Shown piece after piece: positions 48,287-64,000 of a stretch of 64,000 bases of DNA (positions are counted from its first letter, which is position 1; the number at the start of each line of letters is the position of its first letter). The notes under the pieces were generated by a model. It was not told where the DNA came from and searched no databases. It saw nothing but the letters and a program-made list of their open reading frames with translations. This stretch comes from Tubulanus polymorphus (Eukaryota; Animalia; Nemertea), in the NCBI RefSeq assembly GCF_964204645.1, contig NC_134026.1, forward strand, positions 20,556,150 to 20,620,149, given 5' to 3'. Made by a program: the position numbers and the translations under genes.

Positions 48287-51200
48287 ATGCTCCGTCTGGG
48301 TGTGAATTCGTGTCATTTTTTGGCCGTTCTAATTGCCGTGGTGGTCGGTCATTACAATATACCGCCTTTGGTATACGTTCCGTACAGAAGCGTTCCGGGC
48401 TGCGAATATAATTTCTCATTAGCAAGTGGCGTTGCGCTTATATTGAAGACGACCGCAGTCAACAGTGACCTCCAATGTGCTCGAATGTGCAAACGCACGG
48501 ACAACTGTTTTTCGTTCAGTTACGCGGACGAAGCGACCGTTAACTGCGAACTCTTAATGAATAATGGCACTGAAATTGATGATTGTTCGAAATTGGCTTT
48601 TCGACCGGGATGGAAGTTTCTTTTCATGGTGCGTACAACGTCTATTATCGTTACATTTTTTCTAATTTAATTTTTCTTTCCTACGTTTAGATCACATTAG
48701 ATTTAAAATTCAACCCGGCTTAACCCAGTCGTGCAAAATGTTGTCGTCTATCCATAAGAATACGAAGCTTTACCTGCATTCGAAAAATGTGTGTCGCGAA
48801 AAATTCACCTTGTGTGCGGCCTTCGAGAAATTATGAGAACGAATTTAATGGTTAGGAAAACAATTTCTTTAATTGTAGACGTTATCCTTAAGAATCGTAC
48901 GCCCAACTAGAAAATGCATTTTCAATCTTTCATGTTAACAAAGGGAGTCAACTGCGGTGCTATACGTTTTACAAATACAAGCGACCTTATGACGGCGTGG
49001 GAGACGTACCAAAGTTCATTTCTCATCACAAAAAGGCAGATTTACGCTCGAAATTCGTCCGGAGCTTCGGAGGTGACATGGTTAAAACGATATTATTTTC
49101 GCGGGAACGAAATAATCTTTTTCGTTCGAACGAAATGTTTTTCGTGGGAACAAAAAGTTTATCGTGGGAACGAAAAGCTTTTCGCGTGAACGACACAGAT
49201 TGTCATGTCTAATATATGAATTATTACTAGGTGTTTGCGTTGTGATATATATTCTGGTTTATAATTTCCGGTTTACTTCCGGTCATTGTTACAGAATTGC
49301 GCGTCAAGATAAGTTTGCGTGGTAACGATAAGTGAAGCCTAAGATCGTATACACCAAATCATCGTAGACACTCGGACATTAAAAGATAATCTGGGCCATT
49401 TAGGCGGGATTTCAGAAATAAATACATAATTCAATTCAATTAATCTTTATTGTCCCTTGAGTAATAATACAAGTCAGGTTGTTTAACAATAAAGATGAGA
49501 AAAAGTATGAAATACAATTTCTTTTAGAGATCATGATAAAAACGCGGTAAAGAGTATGAATAAACATAAAAAGATAACAATAGCAGTGGTTAACTATTTA
49601 CACACGTTTATGTTCTTCGAAGCCCTGTGTAAATGACAACCCAGCCGTAGTGCTCGGTTATTTTTACTCACATTTACCGACGAAGACCGTTTGCGTTCCT
49701 AAACTATATTTCGCAAACTTTACTGAATGGTCATCAATATTACTCTTTGTTTCATCAATTAAATTTTTCGCTCTGAACCTTACACATACTTCCAAAATGC
49801 ACCATCATTTCTTTGAAAATTCGATTTTCTTGTTTATTCTCATTTTCCGGCTAAGTAAATGAATCATATTATTGAAAGGCACGGGAAGGTTCACTATATC
49901 GGATTGCGTATGTCTTGTTTTGGATTTTGGAGGCGCCAAAACAAAATTTTCAAACACATCAAAACGCGCAGATAATTATGGCGAACTTTTCGTGCCTTTA
50001 AAATGGTGCGGATAAATATGGTTGGAAAGATGAAAAGAATAGATTAATGTCCCCAGGTCGTATGATCAGTTTACTTTCAATAGTTTACCTCATGCGGGAT
50101 AGATTTCCTTTTAATAAATTGATCAATTATGAATTCGGCATCGGGCTTTTGTAAGTATATGGAAGGGCCATTAGATGCTGGCTTTTGTCGAATGCTCTGG
50201 TACCGGTCGGTCAGATAGCTCCAAACCTCGTGTTAATCGCGCCGTAATGTTTATTGTTTGCAATCATGCAGTAACTGAATATCTTCATAGAGCATGAATT
50301 ATTGTACTCCGTGCCATAGGCAACTGTACGTGACGTCACAAAGTTCTGCAACTGTTAGTGAGATTGTCTGAAAGCTTTCATCGACAAAACTTTCATCATT
50401 TCATTGAGTCTTTTTTGTATCACGCCGTTTCAATTATTTTCTCAATTCAGTTCGATATATGCGCTAACGGAGGTCGCTTCAGTATAAAACAGCGCCGTTG
50501 TATTTGTGGACCACCCTGGATCGGAAGGTTGTGTGAGAAAAAAGCCCAAGGTAAAACGACTTAGTTGATTTACGCCGGTTAGCTGGGTAGCGAAACATTT
50601 CACCTGATATTAGTTATCGGAGGAAGGGCAAAAAAAGTTCACAACTTCAACTGTCGTACCTACCGATTGATCATAGGCCCGACTTAATAGAAATTTTCAG
50701 ATAACTTCTGAATAGTTAGAATTGCAAAATTAGAAATCACTGAGATGTTAAATCATGTTTATGTTTCATACCACGCCACTGCATTGATAGTATTCATTGA
50801 ATTGTATGATTAAGTCGAAATTTGAAAATGATTGTGAATCTGTATTTCAGGCTGTATTGATATTTATAACGAGCACGCTTCGCCTGATGGTTGGCAATGG
50901 GCCAAAATCCAGCCTCCGTCGAGCAGTTCACCCATAGAGGTGCTATGTTTGTTGGGACACAGACAGAGAGCTCATACCACAATACTGAAACGTACCGGAA
51001 CCATCCAAACACAATATTTCAACCGCTCTTGGGCCGAATACCGCGACGGATTTGAGGAAGATCCCGGCAATTTCTGGATCGGATTCGACAAACTTTCCGA
51101 AGTCATGTCCTACCAAACATCCGAGGGATATTCTTTGATGTTCGCGTTAACAGTCATTGGTCCGAACAATACGAGTCGGTCGACGCGAATAGACTTCGAG

Positions 51201-51494
51201 TCGTTCAACGTTTCCAGCGAAGAACAAAACTACACGATCAGCGTCAACGAAATCAGCGGTGATACCGGATTCTTCAATAGTTCGATTCTTCAGAACATCA
51301 ATGAAACTCTCAACGGAATGCCGTTTAGCACCTACGACCGCGCGAATGGCAACTTATCCAGCAACTGCGCTGCTGAATTCGGCGGCGGTTGGTGGTATAG
51401 CAAGAGCTGCGCAGATTTCCTTATCGTCACGGGTCGAAATGCATCCTTGTTTTCGCAACTTCTTTCTTCAGTCATCGTATTAATTTATAATTAA
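48287..51494 (+). CDS. Secreted PAN/Apple + EGF-like + fibrinogen C-terminal (FReD) domain protein, ~361 aa
   Basis: Exons 48287-48628 (signal peptide; SDLQCARMCKRTDNCFSFSY..NCEL PAN pattern), 50451-50550 (CANGG..CICGPPWIGRLCE) and 50851-51494 (FNRSWAEYRDGF, NFWIGFDKL, NGMPFSTYDR, NCAAEFGGGWWYSKSC); phases match. Confidence 0.9.
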
Positions 51495-53025
51495 CGCCCA
51501 TATTGTTTCATCACACCGGTTATTGTTATATACGCATATATTATGTTGCATTATGTATACATTCATTCCGCGGGCATTAGCATTACTCTGCACCCAACCG
51601 TTATAGAGGGAAACTAGTTTTGAGATTTAAATCTAGAACGCACAGAAACGTTGGCCATTTAATGGTAAACATTTTATTCTGAGATATTATCCCATTATTA
51701 ATTCTAAAATTCTGAAATCTTTCATTTTTAATGTTAAATATTACATTTCTCGTCATCAATTCAGGTTTCTTTTTTAGAATTTCATGGAAATATTGTGTTC
51801 TCGGAGTAAATTCGCAATACGTTTTATCCAATGGAAATGAACCCAGGACAGCATAATTTTCCATTGAATAAAAATTGAAAAATAAGTATTGGAATTGATT
51901 CTGATATTGTATCTCAGAGCAAAAATAACTTCGATTAAATCAAAAAGTTTGGCAATTTCATTTCGAGATATTATGTCAGAATTGATTCCGAAATATTTTT
52001 TTTTTATCTCGTCTGTAAGAACGTATACGGGCTAGTGAAAAATTCGGTTATGACCGAATTCATTATTTACCAACGAATTCATTCCGTACATTAACTGAAA
52101 ATACGAGATTGGTATATTATCCCTGGAGCCCGATCACGTACGCTGCAACCAACGCTGTTGTGGTGCGTGGATAGATTCGCCCCCGTCCCGTTTCACGGGG
52201 AATAATGAATCAAATAGAAATCATGTTTAAATGGATTAAAACACTGTGAAAAAAGAGGTTACTTAATGAATTTCCCGTGCAAACGAACAAATGATTTTTG
52301 TCTCTGCTGAATAAACTGATATAAAATAAAACAGCGATAAAACTGCATGGTACTCTCGAGGAAAGACCGTTGAGATGTCGTCAATAGATCTAGGGCCTAA
52401 CGTTATTTGAGGTGGATAATCATTCTAATTTGCATTTTTAAAAAACTACAGAAAAATGATAAACGCGCGGATGATAAAAAGAGTTTCGTTACAGGAAACA
52501 GGAAAAAGTTCCCAGGACACTCTCTTGCATCATCTCGAATCTCATATTCTTTTACAGTTTCCCAATTTTTCTACCGCAGACAAAGATACATGTACATACC
52601 AAGATTTAACTGGCCTCACTCAATTGAATTTATATGTACAATACTTATGAGTGAAAATGAATTTTCAGCTAAAATTTCTTCCTTCTTGACGTCTTAAGAC
52701 CACTTAGGGCCATTCCCTCTCCAGCGATATCCAGTGACATTTTAATGACTAATTCTTGCAATCGGAAAACATTCAATAATCAAATCAATGGTCGAAGTTA
52801 TGTAATACAATACATATTTCAATCAAGCGTGTCGAATTCTTGAAGCGTCGAGGTAAAGACAAGAAAAAAATTGCCCGATACTGAATTGTTACGTTTCTCG
52901 ATATAGTTTGAAACGACTGTACCACAATAAACATAATCTGTACTCCTCCAAAGAACTTGAATCAAGACAAATTCCGATTTTAACCGGGTCTATTCGATTT
53001 CACTTGAACGGAACGGATTCTAAAA

Positions 53026-55395
53026 TCAACAGCCCATCCATCTTTGATCCTTCATTATTGGGCCCACCATGGGCTCTCTGTTGGCACTTGTATAGTAGTA
53101 ACTTAAAAGAGAATAAACGAACACTCAGCATCGTTTAACCAAATATCGAGCTACATTTACTTCAAAACTGGTGACATCGAAAAACATCACCAGATAACGA
53201 ATTGTGGAAACTTAGCGAAATCAAAAACGTTATTTCAACGATTTTACGTGCGACGAATGTTTCGAAAGTTCTTTTGAGACATTGCTGTTTAAATGTCTGA
53301 ACTTTGTATTTGCAGAACCTTTCCTAATCTACATCAAAAGATACTTACTATTGACCTTGGAATAGATAATAAGCGTTGCCTCTGAACGCGGCCGCGTCAA
53401 TCCTACCGGGTGGCGCTTTGGGAAAAAAGCTGTTCAAATCGTACACCGTATTTCTCCTTGAACCCATGTTAATTTCGTCGAAGAACCAAATCTTGTTACC
53501 CTAGAATCGATTATCGAGAATTAAGAAAATACTGGAGTGATTTGAAGTGAAATTGTTTATCTATAATCATTTTTGAAACCCCGATTTTTTGTGTGATTTG
53601 GATCGTGAGATAATTGATTTCAGTTCACAAATGCCACCATTTCGAATCCAAGTTAAAGTCATGGTCTGAAAAGGGAAGCATCCCAACCTAACTTTGTTTC
53701 TTGTCACCTCTGAATAGCCTGTTCTCGTTTTCTTACCTCGATAATGTTCGTCCAGCCTCCGTTGTCCACAAAAGCGGCATCGGGGTATCGTGGATAGTCA
53801 CTCCTTCTCTGATAGTCTATCGGATAGCCCTCGTCTAGGTAGAATCTTCGTTCGGCCGTTTTATATTCGTATCGGAATAACTGGGTTCCTACGAAAAAAA
53901 AAACAGAATGTCCGTGAAACAAAAATATCTTCCTGTTTCAATGCTAACTTGTGCGCGCTAATTCTTAATTTTGAGCTGTTTTATTTGGTTTAGGTATATC
54001 CGAAGGTAAGTAATGTTCCAAAGTAAAGTCAAATTTATATTAATTGTATAGGTTAAATTTGTTGCATGAATGTAACTTTGTAGAGTTTGTAAGTTTGTAG
54101 TGTTCCTGGAGTATATGCTTGAAATTTCTGGTGTCGGAAAGTGAGATGAATCCCCCTTTGTCTAATAAATTCTCACAATTAGCCAATGATACATTTCAGG
54201 AAGGTATTCCAGTCACTATTTACATCTAATTCATTTAGCAAAATATTTACCATACTATTTATAGAGCCAACCAAGTGATTATAGTATCTAACAATATGTA
54301 CAAAATTTAAATGCATTAATATATAAAGGTAGTCTACCCAACTCGCCCAAAACCGCTAAGTTGATAAAAAATGATCATTGTACGCGCACGCAGTTTTACT
54401 TTGATTCGTTTTTTACTATGATATAATATATCATCGATTCTTGTGCTAATGATATCAGATTTTATACTTACCAGCGAATAAGTACACTTTTTTCGTTCGC
54501 GGGCTGTACGTGGCTGCGGTTATCACATTTCTCGGTTCCGGGAAGAACAGCGCGCTGATGACGGCCTGGCTATCTACACCACGCGTAGTCATGATGTACG
54601 CCTTGTAAGGAGTGAAAGCGTACGTCAACCCGTCCGGAGCTGTAACGAATTTTGAAAGCCGATTGTTTTCCCCGTCCAAAAGAGAACGTCGTGGTATGAA
54701 AACATCTCGATATAACTTACTGTTGATGATAGCCTCGTACGCGCCCCGGCATGGACCTGATGTCGGAGGGTGTGTTGGAGGTAGCATCGGTTGCCTCGCA
54801 ATAATGGGAACTGGTCTACCTTTTTCTAAGTATTCCTGAAATTGTATAGATTCAGGCGAACACATCTTTTCATAAAAGTTTTAGATAAATTGTTTAATGC
54901 GACCAGTCTATGGAATCCCCTTGCCCAGACGTGAACGGAATGCCCGTCAGTTCAATGTTTTGAAATCCGAGCTTGAAAACCTATAATTTAAATTGGCTTA
55001 TGTCTAAACAATTTCTTGATTGAGTTCAGTCTCTTACTTTCACATGTGATTAGAAACGTGAAGATAATTGTATTGTTTTACGCCATATATGTATAGATGT
55101 ATCATTATTACAAAAGGTTAGACAAATCGTAGAAATGCTCCAAAAATATTTCAATGCTAGCTTTAATAGCAGGATTTAATAGATGTTACCCGATTTTAAA
55201 TTCTCCAAATTGTCGATATAGGTCAATGGCATTCAGCCAGCAAATGGTCCAAATGTCGTGATAAAGATAAATATCATATTGCACGAAAATACCGAAGGAC
55301 TTACGTACATCTGGATTGACAGAGCGTTTCAAGAGACCGCTGGTCTCCAAACCCAAAAAGGCTATAGCCGCTACAGTTATTACGACAACATGCAT
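53026..55395 (-). CDS. MMP-derived hemopexin-only secreted protein (signal peptide + hinge + 4-blade PEX; no prodomain or catalytic domain), ~249 aa
   Basis: Exons 55395-55309, 54835-54721, 54639-54472, 53888-53737, 53500-53349 and 53101-53026 splice in frame (750 nt) and end WMGC*. Every exon is paralogous to the MMP at 57767-61812. Confidence 0.85.
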
Positions 55396-56319
55396 GGCAA
55401 ACGACTGCGAGCAAAAAGCGCAACGTAACTGTTTCGAAAGTGTTTAAATAGGAGATATTAACTGATAGTAATTCCTCGGTGTTTGCTAACTTTTTTATAC
55501 GATTCGTAGATTAGGAACAAAGTTGTGTATTATATAATTCGCACCTGTAACTGAGAAAGCCCACATTTCGCAACGATTGATCATTTCAAATCATTTCAAA
55601 AATTAGCTTATGTCGAGAAATCCACTTCAATGCAAATAAACAGGATTTTCCCTGAATTTATGCACTTTCATGTGAACTTACGCTCGAATTTCCTGATTTA
55701 CTAAAGGATATAGACGATTTTGTAACGATCATTTTCGATATTTCTTTTTAAGATAAAATCCGCTGAACAGGATATGGATTGTTTGCGTGCTTATGTTATC
55801 AATCGAATTAGGGCTGCACACCTTCCCAAGGCCCATACAATGTAACAGCAATCTAGACACAATTTATTTTTTTCGAGTGTATATTCAGCGTGTGTGATTG
55901 TGTCTTGTCTGTGGACGACTAAGTCAGCGTATTGCCTGTCTGTACTTTGATAAAATGTCCTATAGTCTACCGTCAAATTGTGTAAGTGTAATGTCGAATA
56001 GTGTTTCATCGGCTTTTTGACACTACGCGGTGATACTATACGGAATTATACGGAAGCATATTTTTAAACGGAAAGAAATAGGCTGGTTGTCGGTCTTTAT
56101 TTTCAATAAGAGAATGGTCTAATTAGAGACAGCATACTGCCTCATATGACCCTTTACCTTTTGTTCATTTGTCGATAGTTTGACTGGCGCACTTGGTGTG
56201 AACACTTGCAGTGTTCCAGAACTAATTCAAGAGCCAGATTTGTTTCAAGTGCAACTGCGTTTGACTGTATTTGACCTGTAACTAGAATCGGTATTCATAC
56301 AGCTATAGTAATAACTGAA

Positions 56320-56540
56320 CTGGTTCTACTGGTTAATTTGATAGTTCTACTGGTTGATGTACTATTTCTAGTGGTTGATGTACTAGTTCTAGTGGTTCAT
56401 GTACTAGTTCTAATGGTTGATCTACTAGTCCTAGCGGTTCGTGTACTAGTTTTAGTGGTTGATCGACTAGTTCTAGACTTATCAACCACTAGAACTAGTA
56501 GATCAGCCATTAGTCTAGTGATTAATCCATTAGTTCAGGT
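56320..56540. repeat. 21-bp minisatellite with a partly inverted end
   Basis: About six units of gtactagttcta(g/c/a)tggttgat, then atcaaccactagaactagta. Confidence 0.8.
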
Positions 56541-57766
56541 TGATAAGTCTAGTCTCTGACAGATTTATCAGTTTTAACGTCCTGTTGACGCGTTCCTTTT
56601 TACCGCGATATCATCGAGGTTTTAGAAACTTTAGCCTGAGTTTCATCGTCGCTAGATAGATGCATTAATCCGAAAAAAACAACTACGTATCACAAAAAGT
56701 TCATAATTCTGAAAATGTATTTTGTTTTACAGTTTTTGTGTTTAATGTATATACCAGTTTTTGTGTTTTATGTATATTCTGGTGTCTTCCGTACTTATCG
56801 CTTCCGTACGTGTGTAAAAGGTCTAACTGTGATATGATACAGCGACGTAGTTTTACCAGTCATATCAGCATCAAATATCGACAATAAACAGTTTTTTTTT
56901 CATTTCTAGTCATAATTTGCAAAGGTTTGCGTGATTCTGCTAAGCGTAAAACCCGCTGCAGCTATATTTAATTGTAGCCGAGTACTGAAAAAGGACAATG
57001 ATTGATGGACGTGTAGACGACCTGAGCAAGGGGATGCCTATGGCCGACATTGATTTTCTGGATATAGCCATCGATGATACGCTGGTAATGCCGATAATGA
57101 CCACAATCATGGTTTCTTTGGCAATGATGAGTTCAGAGTTTGCCTGATGGCGGACATCTGAGCACTTTTCAAAAAAATGTTGAGTGAATATTGCTAAGGG
57201 TCCATAGAAAAATGTAGATGGTACTAGCCTAGATAAATCCCGTTTGCTTTAGCTTTTAAGACTTTACTTAGTATAAAAAAAAGTCTGAAACAAAAATATC
57301 TTTCGAAATAAAAGCTGCACTATACTGTTTCGGGTCATAATTAGTAGGGGTGCGAAGCATGGCGTGTATGAACATGGTATTAATTGGTCATACATTTTTT
57401 GCTTCTTTTTTCAAATTCCATTTATCAATTTCAGTAGAAAATGCACTTCTTTAATTCAAGATGATCGCACGTATAAAGGTCATTGAAGAAATCCAAAGAG
57501 TGCATTTTTTAACATTCGTTCGAGGGACGGTTTCCAGTATTCATTCAATGTATATGGATGAAAAAAATAGTGCAATAGTTGAAATATTACTATGTACTTT
57601 CCCCCTCTTTCTGCATTCAACACGAAATACAAATCACATATTGTTTGAAACGACAGTTGTATCACTATGAACATATTCTACACATTTCCAAAGAATTGAA
57701 TCAAGACAAATTCTGAATTGAATAGATTCGTTTTATCTATTTGATTAACCTCAACGGACTCTAAAA

Positions 57767-61812
<4,046 letters not shown>

Positions 61813-64000
61813 GGACAATAATTACTCCTAACGACAAGCACAACAGAGCTGTTTGAAATCCTTTAAATGGGGGATATCACTTGATAGTAATTTATCTGTG
61901 TTTGCTTACTATTTCATACCTGTCATTCGTAGACCAGAAACAACACCGGGTAGTAATTCATCATTCCCACGTCGGAATACATTTCCGTTGTGATCTATCT
62001 CTAAATTTGAATAGCTGGCATATGATCGTATACATTACTCTCTGCCCACGCCCATGACATAACCAGCCAAGACGAGTCTGATTTCATTTGTGAAGGACAT
62101 CTTTGGTCGCTTTTTGTGTATCACTCACAAAGTATATTTTGCATTTCGTATCATCGCTCTCTTTGGTACGAATTCGCAAATGGCCTACGCTACAGTTCTA
62201 TTTGGAGTTAAACTTCACATTTTATTCACGCATACAATGAAGGCAATTAGTCAACACAACTCGAATCAGTAGTGAATCCAGCGATCAGCCATTCCCCACC
62301 CTATTTCTGTGGACCAAAGAATTTTCTTGAGATGTTCCGGGGCGTGGTGTAAGTCGCCATCGTTTTCATTATTTTCTTTCTATATATCGACCCTTCCCAA
62401 AAGGCTCATTTTGCCCCTGTTAGATTACTGATTACCCTTGTTTTGTGCATTGTCGGACTGATGACAGAACTATAGCCGAACTTAACTGATTCATATTCGG
62501 TGGCTTGTTGCACAGTCAGTCAGTCAATCTTTACACTTGTGGTCTTAAGTTGTTCGACTGGCAATTGAACTTAGATGGGCTCAAACTGGTGTTAAACATA
62601 AGCCATGAATGCTCAACTGGCCCCAGCAGATTTTCGTTTGTTTGTCGAATGATCGTTGATATTTCCGATGCTTTGATAATTGAAATGTCTAATTATCGGA
62701 AATATCACCGATCATTCGACAAACAAACGACATTTCTACAAATTCACAAAATGTTTTTGTTCAACCAATAATTAAACGATCATGTTCTCATCAATCAAGA
62801 AATTTTATGTTTTCTGAAAAGATAAAACTAAACGTACAGGATATGGATTGTTTGCGCGCCTGTGTAATATATCGTATAAGGGCTGTACAAGTTCCCACGT
62901 CTCGTACAAACTTGCAGTAAAATACTCTCGGCCCAATTTGTGATATTTCCACGATTCAGTGTGTGTATACGGTCTTGTTACTGCAAAATCATTTTTATTG
63001 CTTTTGAAACAATGAGTCGTAATCGCCCCGAACCATTCCAAACCAACAGGAAGGTTCGGTCGATTGATTTGCTTGTTCTTTCGCGACCATAGTGTTGCGG
63101 CAACAACTTTGACAATCTCCTACTATCAGCTATTGGGCCACAAGAAAGAAACAAAATAGATATATCGATCTTAGATTAGTCTCACAATCAACATCACTGT
63201 TATTTCAATTCAAAGTATTGACTCGTTCGGTTTAGCGAAATCCGTTTCGACACCAGAAACCGAAAAGGATTAGTAAATCTAATTTTTGTAGCGACCATGA
63301 AGAAAAACTTTTTTAAAAAGTGTGATCAGGTTGTTTATCGGGATGCGCGTGAGAATGTTTTACTTTAAAAAAACAGATTTCTGCGTGCGGGATGCGCATT
63401 TTTAATTTTTTACTGACGACCTTTTTAAAGCGCGCGGAAAAATTATTCCGATGAAAAACAAGCAATTTGTTTGCGTGGCCGTTCGTTTAGATTTTATATT
63501 CAGAATAATGATACTACTCAAGTCGTTTCGTAAAACTGGCCACTGGCGGCAAAACAGGAATTATCACGTAAAAAACTGATGGATGATTGATGACTATCAG
63601 GATTGTCCTAAATTGGGTTCATTTTCTGTATGTTGTCGTATCTTGCGTTAAAATGTATGTCGAACGAGTGAGTACAGGTTTTCACTCCCAGGCCAACTAC
63701 GCAACGATTATACATCATCAAGCAGCGCCGTCGCGTTGTTGCCACGAGAGATTGCGAGGAGAACTTGTTACCCACCTATAATCGCTATGGCTGCTGCACG
63801 AGAGTTTGCTGAAAGACATCGTTGATAAGACGGAAAAATACATCGTCGATGACCTGGAACCCACTATCAGAAAGTACGATCATACAAAATTCGATAAACT
63901 TATTCTGCTGCTGTAAACGGCAGCATGGCACACGGAATTGGCTCACGGAATTGGCTCATCGCGTGTGCCTATGGTAATAATCGGGCTTCGTGATAGAAAA

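Noticed and set aside
57120-57165. ATGATGA ... CTGA as a C/D box snoRNA
   Set aside because: Only ~38 nt between the boxes and no terminal stem.

Overview
Compact-intron animal genomic DNA, AT-rich and probably from a marine invertebrate (inference only; not prokaryotic). Most ORF-track entries are exon fragments or spurious. Hand splicing on GT-AG boundaries gives, in order: (1) the last exons of an M13/neprilysin-like metallopeptidase (+); (2) a repeat-rich spacer with a near-perfect 1656-bp tandem duplication; (3) a head-to-tail array of five apparently intact 10-coding-exon SLC7 (LAT/HAT light-chain) amino-acid transporter genes that differ at substrate-pocket positions; (4) a cytosolic-type sulfotransferase with an N-terminal hydrophobic extension; (5) a ~3 kb duplication carrying a SULT pseudo-fragment and two decayed copies of a spliced secreted-protein gene; (6) a secreted PAN/Apple-EGF-fibrinogen-domain gene; (7) two tandem minus-strand MMP paralogs. 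One MMP is complete. The other has lost its prodomain and catalytic domain by an in-frame deletion but keeps an open 249-codon signal-hinge-hemopexin frame, so it is a candidate gene-encoded PEX decoy or regulator and the best lead here. An intron of the complete MMP holds a palindromic Penelope-type remnant with head-to-head minimal hammerhead ribozyme motifs and an inverted ~198-bp insertion templated from nearby DNA. Many MITEs are scattered through introns. All exon calls and family assignments come from reading the sequence and recalling motifs; no database searches were run.
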